NCBI RefSeq assembly: GCF_009914755.1
Contig: NC_060944.1
Reading direction: 5' to 3' (one strand)
DNA: 64,000 nucleotides
Source: the human T2T-CHM13v2.0 reference genome, Homo sapiens
Below, one piece after another: positions 1-11,819 of this stretch. The first letter of the stretch is position 1; the number at the start of each line of letters is the position of its first letter. A model generated the notes under the pieces. That model worked only from the letters and a program-made list of their open reading frames with translations. It was not told the DNA's origin and made no database searches. Position numbers and translations under genes: made by a program.

Positions 1-419
1 CCCAGAGCCACACAGTGTCAGATGGTAACATCTGATCAGGTGAGAATCCCATCAGATCTTCTGGAAGCCTAATTGTTTTTCCAGCTCCAGACTTCTGCAC
101 TACCGCCAGGAGCACCTCATCACTCCCAGAGTTGATGATATGCCACGTTGTTAAGGTCCCAGACTCTCAGGCAGGAACACAGCCTTCTATGTTCCCTCTG
201 CCTTCCCAGGCTAATGCAGTCTTGTCCAGACACATTGCTAAATTTAGTGCCCCGATGCTGAACAGGTTGAAATGTATAGCCCTTGCATGGATCTTGGCAC
301 AAATGGACCAACTGCAAGACATTTTGACAACAATTGGGGAAACTGGAACACAGATTGGGTACTAGGTAATATAAAAGAATGATCGTTCATTTTGTTAGGT
401 ATGATAATGATATAGCGGC

Positions 420-898
420 TGCTATGATCTGAATGTTTGTGTCACCCCCAAAATTCATTAGGAGGTGGGGCCTTTAGAAAGTGATTATGTCATAAGGGCT
501 CTGCCCTAATGGATGGAATTAGTGCTGTCATAAAAGAGACCCCCGAGAACTCATTAGCCCTTCCACCACGTGAGTACAAAACAAACAGTTGTCATTCTGC
601 AACCTGGAGGAGGATCCTCACCAAGATGGCGCCCTGTGCACTTCCCAGCCTTCAGAACTGTGAGAAATAAATTTTATTGTTTATAAGCTATCCAGCTTAT
701 GGTATTTTTTTTGAGATAGGCTCTCATTCCGTTGCCCAGGCTGGTGTGCAGTGGTGCGAATATGGCTCACTGCAGCCTCGACCTTCTGGGCTCCAGTGAT
801 CCTCCCTCTTAGGCCTTTCAATGTACTGGGATTACAGGTGGGAGCCACGGTGCCCAGCCACCAGTATTTTGTCACAGAAGTCTGAACAAGCTAAGATA
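420..898 (+). mobile_element. MLT1A0-like MaLR solo LTR
   Basis: Starts tgctatgatctgaatgtttgtgtc, contains 'cttcccagccttcagaactgtgagaaataaa', ends ctaagata; interrupted by an Alu monomer. Confidence 0.8.
705..859 (-). mobile_element. Alu monomer (FRAM-like)
   Basis: Poly-T followed by ~150 bp single right-arm-type Alu sequence ending ...gggattacaggtgggagccacggtgcccagcc. Confidence 0.8.
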
Positions 899-1179
899 GT
901 GGTTATGTAAGAAAAATCCTGCTTTTTTAGAGATGTATATGAAAATATTACGAGGTGAATTGTCATTGTTTGTAGCTTATTATTAATACTTAGGTAAATA
1001 TTAGATACTTAATATTAAATACTGAGGTAAAAATTAGATGAAGCAAATCTGGTAAAATATTAAGAATAATTAAATGTAGGTATTGGCTATATGGCAGATC
1101 ATTACACCATTATCCTCCTACATTTATGTGTTTAAAATTGTTTATAATAAAAATTTTATAGAAAGTAATACAATAAAAA

Positions 1180-1370
1180 ACAAACACAAACTGTACCATC
1201 AAGGTGAAAATAGTATTTTAGTATTGAGGGAGAAAGTAACATTTTTTGGAATAAAATATGGGGATAAATATTTGGTAAGTTTCTATGATTATATTATTTT
1301 ATTGATAAAAGAAATATAAGTGAATCATTTGCCAACTCTCCTCCTGCCATATTAAAAAAAAACTTGGGAA
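1180..1370 (+). mobile_element. hAT-Charlie (Charlie7-like) transposase fossil, 5' piece
   Basis: Degraded sequence colinear with the Charlie piece resuming at ~3611 after the L1 insertion; family assignment from recalled consensus. Confidence 0.5.
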
Positions 1371-3594
1371 AAACAATGAATAATCTGAAAAGGAAATTAA
1401 GAAAGGAATTTCATTTATAATAGCATTAAGAAGAATAAAATCCTTAGGAATAAACCTAACCAACGAGTTGAAAGACTTGTACACTGAAAACTTCAAAACC
1501 ATTGTTGAAAAAAATTAAAGAAGAGAGAAATAAATAAAAGGACAGCCTCTGTTCATGGATTGGATACTTAATATTATTAAGATGTTACTACTACCCAAAG
1601 AGATCTATAGATTAAATACAATCTCTATTAAAATACCAATGGCATTTTTTGTAAAATAGAAAAATTTATCCTAAAATTTATATGGGATCTCAAGGCACCC
1701 TGAGTAGCCAAAATAATTTTGAAAAAGAAGAACACAGTTGGAGGACTAGCAGTTATTGATTTCAAAACATTGCAAAACTACAGTAATCAAAATAGTGTGG
1801 TACTGGCATAAAGACAGACAAATAGATCAATGGAATCGAATAGACAGCCCACATCTATGGTCAAATGATGTTCAACAAGGGTGCCAAGACCATTCAGTGG
1901 GGAAAGGACAGTTTCTTTAACAAACAGTAGTGGGAAAATTGGATGCAAAAGAATGAATTTGGACCCTTGTCCTATACCATATACAAAAATTAACTCAAGA
2001 TGCATTAAAGACCTAAAAGTAAGATCTCAAATTATAAAACTTCTAGGAGAAAATATAGGGGAAAACTTCATGACGTTGTTGGCAATGACAAGAATAGATA
2101 AGACACCAAAAGCACAGATAACATAAGCAAAACTAGACAAATGAGACTACATCAAACTTTAGAAGTTTGTGCATCAGAGAGCACAATCCAAGCTGGGCAC
2201 AGTAGCTCAGGCCGGTAATCCCAGCACTCTGGGAGACCAAGGAAAGAGGATTGCTTGAAACCAGGAGTTCAAGGCCAGCCTGTGCAGCATAGGGAGACCC
2301 CCATCTCTAAAAAAAAAAATTAGCCGGGAATAGTGGTATGCACCTGTACACCAAGCTATTCGGGAGGCTAAGGCAGGAGGATCACTTGAGCCCGGAAGTT
2401 TAAGACCAGCCTGGGCAACATGGCAAAATCTCATTTCCAAAAAAAATAAGCTGGGTGTGGTGGTGTGCACCTGTATCTTAGCTACTTGGGAGGCCAGATC
2501 AAGCCACTGCACTGTAGCCTGGGAGACAGAGCGAGACCATGTTTCAAAAACAAAACGAAACACTGCTGAACTGTACACAAAAACCACACAATCCACAGAG
2601 TGATAGGAAAACCTATGAATAGGAGAAAATGTTTGTAAATCATATATCTGATAATGGCTAATATCCAGAATGTGTAAAGTACTCCAACAATTCAACAGCA
2701 AAAACAAAAATCAAATAACCTAGTTTAAAAGTGGGCAAAGGACTTGAATAGACATTTCTCCGAAGAAGATATAAAGATGTTCAACAAGCATATGAAAAGA
2801 TGCTCATCGCTAATCATCAGAGAACTGCAAATCAAAACAGTGAGTTGTCACCTCATACCCATTAGATGCTACTGTCAAAAAACTGGAAAATAACAAGTGT
2901 TGGCAAGGATGTGGACAAACTAGACTCTTTGTGCATTGTTGGTGGGATTGTAAAATTGTGCAAGTGCTGTGAAAAATAGTATGGAGGTTTCCCAAAAATT
3001 AAAAACAGAGCTGTCATATGATATGGTAATCCCACGTTTGAGTATATAACCAAAAGAATTGAAAGTAGAGTCTCAAAGAAATATTTGCACACCCGTGTTT
3101 ATCGTAGCACTATTCATAATAACCAAGAGGTAGGAACAACCCAAATGTTCATCGATGGATGAATGAATAAACAAATGTTATATATATATAATATATATCA
3201 CATACATATATATCCACACACATACATACACACAGTGAAGTATTATTCATCCTTTAAAAGGAAGAAAATCCTACAACATGGATGAACCTTGAAGACATTA
3301 TGCTAAGTGAAAGAAGGCAGTCACAGAAAGACAAGTCCTGTATGAGTCCACCTATATGAGGTATCTAGAGTAGTCAAATTTATACAACATAAAGTAGAAT
3401 GGAGTTGCCAGAAGCTAGAGAGAGGGGAGGGGGAAAAAGGGGAGTTGTTTAACCGATATAGAGTTTCACATCTACACAATGAAAGTCTTGAGATCTGTCT
3501 CAACAACAATGTGACTATACTTAACACTGCTGGACTATACAATTAAAAATGGTTAAGATGGTCAATTTTGTTATGTGTTTTTACCACAATGAAA
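1371..3594 (+). mobile_element. 5'-truncated L1MB-type LINE-1 (3' ORF2 + 3' UTR)
   Basis: Decayed ORF2 (ORF 1881-2126 '[21 protein letters not shown]'), L1MB-type end 'ttaaaaatggttaagatggtcaattttgttatgtgtttttaccacaat'. Confidence 0.85.
2191..2560 (+). mobile_element. Three-monomer AluJ-like element
   Basis: Monomers at 2191-2319, 2322-2446, 2449-2560 separated by A-runs; repeat cacaatcca at 2182-2190 and 2587-2595. Confidence 0.8.
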
Positions 3595-3610
3595 CAAGGG
3601 GGACAGGAGA

Positions 3611-4100
3611 CCTTGGAACATAATTACTGAGCTTTTTTAAAAGCTTCCAAATGGAGTGTTTCAGTAGATTTGGACAGAAACACTTTGTTAAATATTTAAA
3701 AACACATCACCCTATGATTAGTTTGGAGGAACATCAGGGAACGTGGTCATTTATTTGCCAAGTGTCAACAAGAATCTTTGCATAGTAAGCAGTGAAAGAG
3801 ATGGAAAAATGAGTTTCATAATTTAGGGCAGCACATTAAGTGATGTCCTTACTATGTTTACTTTTTGTGAGAAGTATTTTTTAGCTATGACAGCAATCAA
3901 AGCCTTGAAAGAATACATCTTCAAATTATTTTATTGCAAAATGTTGCCTTTTTAAAAAAAATTAAAGGAGACTGAATTATGTTGAATTCAGAATCCAAAT
4001 AATAGACATTTTAATTCTATCTTAATGGTAACTATTCATTATAATGAACAGAACTATTAATAAATTTATAAAAACATATTAAATATTTATTTCCTATTTA
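3611..4100 (+). mobile_element. hAT-Charlie (Charlie7-like) transposase fossil, C-terminal piece
   Basis: 3851-3901 translates TMFTFCEKYFLAMTAIK, matching the hAT dimerization-domain motif TYLCExxFSAMTxIK; end approximate. Confidence 0.65.
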
Positions 4101-4384
4101 GGTTATCCTTCAAAAATTTTCTTTGATGTGGCTCAAGCTTTCTTACTGGTGGGTTACACAATATAACAAGTTTGGGGTCATTGCTATAGAGTTCAGAAGT
4201 TTATTCACACCCACAAACCCTGGAGAATCCTGTCCAATCTCTTCAAGGAATTCTGAATCCCATGTAAGAAGAAGAGGCAGTGATAGAAAGGGAGGGAGGG
4301 AGGGAGGGAGGAGGAAAAGAGCTAGGGAGAAAACAGAAAGATTTTTTTTCTAATATTAAAATGTTTTTCCCGAATGATCAAGAA

Positions 4385-4588
4385 TAGCACTATATAACAA
4401 AACTTTCTGTGATGAAAATGTTCTATATCTGTGCTGTCTGGTACAGTAGCCACTTGCTATATGTGACTATTGAGCACTTGAAATGTGGCATGGGTGACTG
4501 AAGAACTGAATATTAAATTTTGTTTAATCTGAATTAAAGTTTAAATAGACACATGTGGCTAATGACTACTGTGTTGCACAATGCTGCA
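4385..4588. mobile_element. MER3 (hAT-Charlie MITE)
   Basis: 'aactttctgtgatgaaaatgttctatatctgtgctgtc...gtagccact...gagcacttgaaatgtggc...cacatgtggcta' typical of MER3. Confidence 0.8.
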
Positions 4589-5098
4589 GAAAGTCCAGAA
4601 ACAAACACTGATGGGTAAGTCAACAATCGTTCTTGTTGAATAAAGAGTTGGCAAATGACCCACTTATATTTCTTTTATCAATAAAATAGTAAAATCATTG
4701 AAACTTTCTAAATTTCTCTCCAAATATTTTATTCCAAAAAATGTTATTCTAAAAAGAAACCACAACTAAACATACCTAAACTGTCTCATGATTGAAAGAA
4801 AAATATGAAATGTATGAACCCAGCAATGTAGAACTGCACACGTGTCAACATAAAGTCAGTTGATGCAGCGACACAGAGATGGAATAACTGGAATTTGGGT
4901 TATGCAAAAGTGCTCTTAGATTTTCTTTCCTATCTTGGTGAAAGATATATAATTTCTATTGTTGAAAAATGGAAATGTAACTTATCCTGCACAATTTGCC
5001 TGCCTATGAAGGAATATACTTTTTGCCAGTTTTATCATATTTCATAGTTTCAAGTTATTTTTCCTGTGGGAAGTTGCGGGCTGGGGGATGTGTACCCC

Positions 5099-5107
5099 TT
5101 TTCTTTT

Positions 5108-5166
<59 letters not shown>

Positions 5167-5181
5167 GTCTTTCTTTTTTTT
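5099..5181. repeat. (TTTC)n microsatellite derived from the L1 poly(A) tail
   Basis: Direct reading: run of tttc units adjoining the L1PA7 3' end. Confidence 0.95.
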
Positions 5182-5385
5182 ATTATACTTTAAGTTCTGG
5201 GATACATGTGCAAAATGTGCTGGTTTGTTACATAGGTATACACGTGCCATGGTGGTTTGCTGCACTCATCAACCCGTCATCTACATTAGGTATTTCTCCT
5301 AATGCTATGCCTCCTCTAGTCCCCCACCCCTTGACAGGCCCTGGTGTGTGATGTTCCCCTCCCTGTGTTCATGTGTTCTCATTGT

Positions 5386-8300
5386 TCAGTTCCCACTTAT
5401 GAGTGAGAACATGTAGTGTTTGGTTTTCTGTTCTTGTGTTAGTTCGCTGAGAATGATGGTTTCCAGCTTCATCCATGTCCCTGCAAAACACATAAATTCA
5501 TCCTTTTTTATGGCTGCATAATATTCAATGGGGTATATGTGCCACATTTTCTTTATCCAGTCTATCACTGATGGGCATTTGGGTTGGTTCCAAGCCTTTG
5601 CTATTGTGAACACTGCTGCAGTAAACATACGTGTGCACGTGTCTTTATAGTTGAATGATTTATAATCCTTTGAGTAAATACCCAGTAATGAGATTGCCGG
5701 GTCAAATGGTATTTCTGGTTCTAGATCCTTGAGGAATCGCCACACTGTCTTCCACAATGGTTGAAATAATTTACACTCCTGCTAACAGTGTAAAAGCATT
5801 CCCATTTCTTCACATCCTCTCCAGCATCTGTTTTTTCCTGGCTTTTTAATGATTGCCATTCTAACTGGCATGAGATAGTATCTCACTGTGGTTTTGATTT
5901 GCATTTCTGTAATGACCAGTGATGATGAGCTTTTTTTTCATGTTTGTTGGCTGCATAAATGTCTTCTTTTGAGAAGTGTCTGTTCATATCCTTCACCCAC
6001 TTTTTGATGCGGTGGTTTGTTCTTGTAAATTTGTTTAAATTCTTTGTAGATTCTGGATATTAGCCCTTTGTCAGATGGATAGATTGAAAAATTTTCTCAC
6101 ATTATGTAGGATGCCTTTTCACTCTGATGATAGTTTCTCTTGTTGTGCAGAAGCTCTTTAGATTGATTAGATGCCATTTGTCAATTCTGGCTTTTGTTGC
6201 CATTGCTTTTGGTGTTTTAGTCATGAAGTCTTTGCCCATGCCTATGTCCTGAATGGTATTGCCTAGGTTTTCTTCTAGGGTTTTTATGGTTTTAGGTCTT
6301 ATGTTTAAGTCTTTAATCCATATTGAGTTAATTTTTGTATAAGGTGTAAGGAAAGGGTCCAGTTTCAGTTTTCTGAATATGGCTAACCAGTTTTCCCAAC
6401 ACCATTTATTAAATAGGGAATCCTTCCCCCATTGCTTGTTTTTGTCAGGTTTGTCAAAAATCAGATGGTTGTAGATGTGTGGCATTACTTCTGAGGCCTC
6501 TGTTCTGTTCCATTGGTCTATATCTCTGTTTTGGTACTACTACCATGCTGTTTTGGTTATTGTAGCCTTGTAGTATAGTTTGAAGTCAGGTAGCGTGATG
6601 CCTCCAGCATTGTTCTTTTTGCTTAGGATTGTCTTGGCTATACAGGCTCTTTTTTGGTTTCATATGAAATTTAAAGTAGTTTTTTCTAATTCTGTGAAGA
6701 AAGTTAATGGTAGCTTGATGGGGATAGCATTGAATCTATAAATTACTTTGGGCAGCTTGGCCATTTTCATGATATTGATTCTTCCTATCCATGAGCATGG
6801 AATGTTTTTCCATTTGATTGTGTCTTCTCTTATTTCTTTGAGCAGTTGTTTGTAATTCTCCTTGAAGAGGTCCTTCACAACCCTTGTAAGTTGGATTCCT
6901 AGATATTTTATTCTGTTTGTAGGAATTGTGAATGGGAGTTCACTCATGATTTGGCTCTCTGTTTGTCTATTATTGGGGTGTAGGAATGCTTGAGATTTTT
7001 GTGCATCGATTTTGTATTCTGAGAATTTGCTGAAGTTGCTTATCAGCTTAAGGAGATTTTTGGCTGTGTCGATGGGGTTTTCTAAATATACAATTGTGTC
7101 CTCTGCAAACAGAGACAATTTGACTTCTTCTCTTCCTATTTGAATACCCTTTATTTCTTTCTCTTGCCTGATTGCCCTGGCCAGAGCTTCCAATACTATG
7201 TTGAATAGGAGTGGTGAGAGAGGGCATCCTTGTCTTGTGTTGGTTTTCAAAGGGAATGCTTCCAGCTTTTGCCCATTCAGTATAATATTGACTATGGGTT
7301 TGTCATAAATAGCTCTTATTATTTTGAGATATGTTCCATCAATACCTAGTTTATTGAGAGTTTTTAGCATGAAGGGATGTTGAATTTTATTGAAGGTCTT
7401 TTCTGCGTCTATTTAGATATCATATGGTTTTTGTCATTGGTTCTGTTTATATGATGAATTACGTTTATTGATTTGCATGTGTTGAACCAGCCTTGCATCC
7501 CAGGGATGAAACTGACTTGATCATGGTGGATAAGCTTTTTGATGTGCTGCTGGATTTGGTTTGTCAGTATTTTATTGAGGATTTTCACGTTGATGTTCAT
7601 TGGGGATATTGGCCTGAAATTTTCTTTTTTTGTTGTGTGTCTGCCAGGTTTTGATATAAGGATGATGCTGGCCTCATAAAATGAGCTAGGGAGGAGTCCC
7701 TCTTTTTCTATTGTTTGGAATAGTTTCAGATGGAATGGTACCAGCTCCTCTTGGTAGAATTTGGCTGTGAATCCATCCGGTCCTGGGCTTTTTTTGGTTG
7801 ATATGCTATTAATTACTGCCTCAATTTCAGAACTTGTTATTGGTCTATTCAGGGATTCCACTTCTTGCTGGTTTAGTCTTGGGAGGGTGTATGTGTCCAG
7901 GAATTTATCAATTTCTTCTAGATTTCTAGTTTATTTGTGTAGGGGTGTTTATAGTATTCTCTGATGGTAGTTTGTATTTCTGTGGGATCAGTGGTGATAT
8001 CCCCTTTATCATTATTTATTGTGTCTATTTGATTCTTCTTTATTTTCTTCTTTATTAGTCTGGCTAGCCATCTATCTATTGTGTTAATCTTTTCAAAAAA
8101 CCAGCTCCTGGAATCATTGATTTTTTGAGGGGGTTTTCACATCTCTATCTCCTTCAGTTCTGCTCTGTTCTTAGTTATTTCTTGACTTCTGCTAGCTTTT
8201 GAATTTGTTTGCCCTTGCTTCTGTAGCTCTTTTAATTGTGATGTTAGATTGTTGATTTTAGATCTTTTCCGCTTTCTCCTTTGGGCATTTAGTGCTATAA

Positions 8301-9187
8301 ATTCCCCTTTAAACACTGCTAGCTGTTTCCCAGATATTCTGGTATAGTGTGTCTTTGTTCTCATCGGTTTCAAAGAACTTATTTATTTCTGCCTTCATTT
8401 CGTTATTTACCCAGTAGTCATTCAGGAGCAGGTTGTTCAGTTTCCACGTAGTTGTGCAGTTTTGAGTGAGTTTCTTAATCTTGAGTTCTAATTTGATTGC
8501 ACTATGATCTGGGAGACTGTTATGATTTCCATTCTTTTGCATTTGCTGAAGAGTGTTTTACTTCCAATTATGTGATCAATTTTAGAATAAGTGCAATGTG
8601 GTGCTGAGAAGAATATATATTTTGTTGATTTGGGGTGGAGAGTTCTGTGGATGTCTATTAGGTCTGCTTGGTCCAGGGCTGAGTTCAAGTCCTGAATATC
8701 CTTGCTAATTTTCTGTCTCATTGATCTGTCTAATATTGACAGTGGGGTGTTAAAGTCTCCCATTATTATTGTGTGGGAGTCTAAGTCTCTTTGTAGGTCT
8801 CTAAGAACTTGCTTTAGGAATCTGGGTGCTCCTGTATTGGGTGAATATATATTTAGGATAGTTAGCTCTTGTTGCATCAGTCCCTTTACCATTATGTAAT
8901 GCCCTTCTTTGTCTTTTTTGATCTTTGTTGGCTTAAGGTCTGTTTTATCAGAGACTAGGATTGCAACCCTTGCTTTTTTTCTGCTTTCCATTTGCTTGGT
9001 AAGTATTCCTCCATCCCTTCATTTTGAGCCTATGTGTTTCTTTGCATGTGAGATGAGTCTCCTGAATACAGCACACCATTTGTTCTTGACTCTTTATCCA
9101 ATTTGCCAGTCTGTGTCTTTTAATTGGGGCATTTAATCCATTTACATTTAAGGTTAATATTCTTATGTGTAAATTTGATCCTGTCAT
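5386..9187 (-). pseudogene. L1 ORF2p remnant (EN-RT-Cys domain; multiple stops/frameshifts)
   Basis: Starts MTGSNLHIRILTLNVNGLNAP, ends SLISGN; split across at least 8 ORF fragments; RT motif FADD reads FAED. Confidence 0.9.
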
Positions 9188-9250
9188 TATGATGCTAGCT
9201 GGTTATTTTGCCTGTTAGTTGATGCAGTTTCTTCATAGTGTCGATAGTCT

Positions 9251-10277
9251 TTACAATTTGGTATGTTTTTGCAGTGGCTGGTACTGATTTTTCCTTTTTA
9301 TATTTAGTGCTTCCTTCAAGGGCACTTGTAAAGCAGGCCTGGTGGTGACAAAATCTCTTACCATTTGCTTGTCTGTAAAGGATTTTATTTCTCTTTTGCT
9401 TATGAAGCTTAGTTTGACTGGATATGAAATTCTGGGTTGACAATTCTTTTCTTTAAGAATGTTGAATATTGGCCCCCACTCTCTTCTGTCTTGTACGGTT
9501 TCTGCCGAGAGATCTGCTGTTAGTCTGATGGGCTTCCCCTTGTGGGTAACCCGACCTTTCTCTCTGGCTGCACTTAACATTTTTTCTGTCATTTCAACCT
9601 TGGTAAATCTGAATATTATGTGTCTTGGAGTTAATCTTCTCAAGAAGTATCTCTGTGGTGTTCTCTGTATTTCCTGAATTTGAATGTTGGCCTGTCTTGC
9701 TAGGTTGGGGAAGTTCTCCTGGATAATATCCTGAAGAGTGTTTTCCAACTTGGTTCCATTCTCCCTGTCACTTTCAGGTACACCAATCAAACATAGGTTT
9801 GGTCTTTTCACATAGTCCCATATTTCTTGGAGGCTTTGTTCATTCCTTTTCACTCTTTTTTTCTTTAATCTTGTCTTCTCACTTTATTTCATTAAGTTGA
9901 TCTTCAATCTCTGATATTCTTTCTTCTGCTTGATCAATTCGGCTATTGATACTTGTGTATGCTTCACGAAGTTCTCGTGCTGTGTTTTTAAGCTCCATCA
10001 GGTCATTTATGTTCTTCTCTAAACTGTTTATTCCAGTTAGCAATTTGTCTAACCTTTTTTCAAGGTTCTTAACTTCCTTGCATTGGGTTAGAACATGCTC
10101 CTTTAGCTTGGAGGAGTTTGTGATTACCCACCTTCTGAAGCCTACTTCTGTCAGTTCATCAAACTCATTCCCCGTCCAGTCTTGTTCCCTTGCTGGCGAG
10201 GAGTTGTGATCCTTTGGAGGAGAAGAGGCATTCTGGTTTTTGGAATTTTCAGCCTTTTTGCACTGGTTTTTCCTCAT
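9251..10277 (-). pseudogene. L1 ORF1p remnant (interrupted)
   Basis: ORFs 9879-10277 (MRKNQCKKAENSKNQ...) and 9251-9853 (..QEIWDYVKRPNL..RISYPVKLSF..) separated by a stop. Confidence 0.9.
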
Positions 10278-11819
10278 CTTCTTGGAATTATCTACCCTTG
10301 TTCTTTGATGTTGGTGACCTTCGGATGGAGTTTCTGTGTGGAAATCCTTTTTGTTGATGTTGATGCTATTCCTTTCTGTTTGTTAGTTTTCCTTCTAACA
10401 GGCCTCTCTGCTGCAGGTCTGCTGGAATTTGCTGGAGGTCCACTCCAGACCCTGTTTGGCTGGGTATCACCAGTGGAGGCTGCAGAACAGCAAAGATTGC
10501 TGCCTGTTCCTTCCTCTGGCAGCTTCTTCCCAGAGGGGCACCTGCCAGATGCCAGCTGGAGCTCTCCGGTATGAGGTGTCTCCCAGTCAGGAGGCACGGG
10601 GGTCAGGGACCCACTTGAGGAGGCAGTCTGTTCCTTAGCAGAGCTCAAGTGTTGTGCTGGCAGATCTGCTGCTATCTTCAGAGTTGGCGGGCAGGAATGT
10701 TTAAGTCTGCTGAAGCTGTGCCCACAGCTGCCCCTTCCCCCAGGTGCTCAGTGCCAGGGAGATGGTAGTTTTATCTATAAGCCCCTGACTGGGGCTGCTG
10801 CCTTTCTTTCAGAGATGACTTGGCCAGAGAGGAGGAATCTAGAGAGGTAGTATGGCTACAGAGGCTTTGCGGAGCTGTGGTGGGCTCCACCCAGTTCAAA
10901 TTTCCAAGCGGCTTTATTTACACTGTGAGGAGAAAACTGCCTACTCAAGCCTCAGTAATGGCAGACGCACCTCCTTCCACCAAGCTTGAGCATCCCAGGT
11001 GGACTTCAGACTGCTGTGCTGGCAGTGAGAATTTTAAGCCAGTGCATCTTAGCTTGCTGGCCTCTGCGGAGGTGGGATCCCCTGAGCTAGACCACTTGGC
11101 TCCCTGGCTTCAGCCCCCTTTCCAGGGGAGTGAACAGTTCTGTCTTGCTGGCATTCCAGGTGCCACTGGGGTATGAAAAAGAACTCCTGCAGCTAGCTTG
11201 GTGTCTGCCCAAATGGCTGCCCAGTTTTGTGCTTGAAACCCAGGGCCCTGGTGGCGTAGGCACCCAAGGGAATCTCCTGGTCTTTGGGTTGCAAAGACTG
11301 TGGGAAAAGCATAGTATCTGGGCCGCAGCACACTGTTCCTCATGGCACAGTCCCTCACGGCTTCCCTTGGCTAGGGGAGTTCCCTGACCCCTTGCACTTC
11401 CTAGGTGAGGTGACACCCCACCCTGCTTTGGCTCACCCTCCGTGGGCTGCACCCACTGTCTAACCAGTCCCAATGAGATGAGTTGGGTACCTCAGTTGGA
11501 AATGCAGAAATGACCTGCCTTCTAAATTGATCTCGCTGGGAGCTCCAGACCAGAGCTGTTCCCATTCAACCATCTTGCCAGCCACCCAACACCCCTTTTC
11601 TTTTACCCTGGACTCTAGGCTTCTTATATTATCAGGGCAAGTTGGGCAGCTTCAATCTCTTTCTCTTCATGGCTGTACACAGCCACTTAATTTCAAATTT
11701 TCTCTTTCTCCTTTGTTAACCCTCCTCCTCCAAAAAATATTCCCTCAAGTGCCGACATAATATTCCATCAATAGAAGACAAAGTCTTTTGTTCCCTAACC
11801 AGTGACAAAAGACTTATGA

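Larger units (their letters stand above)
310..1150 (+). mobile_element. Ancient L1MC/L1MD-type 3' end fragment, split by an MLT1A0 LTR
   Basis: Motifs 'gacattttgacaacaattggggaa...atgataatgatata' (~318-414) resume as 'gtggttatgtaagaaaaatcctgcttttttagagatg' (899+), resembling L1MC/MD 3' UTR; boundaries approximate. Confidence 0.6.
5108..11590 (-). mobile_element. Full-length, inactivated L1PA7-like LINE-1 (~6.5 kb)
   Basis: 5' end (minus) gggtggctggcaagatgg..; ORF1 and ORF2 fragments in order; L1PA7-type 3' UTR; 14-bp TSD accccttttctttt at 5094-5107 and 11591-11604. Confidence 0.95.

Noticed and set aside
1237-4746. Terminal inverted repeats of a 3.5-kb DNA transposon
   Set aside because: The repeated sequence is internal to the Charlie fossil, which extends beyond the left copy, and no flanking TSD is seen.
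5108-11590. Retrotransposition-competent L1
   Set aside because: ORF1 and ORF2 carry stops/frameshifts and the RT motif reads FAED.
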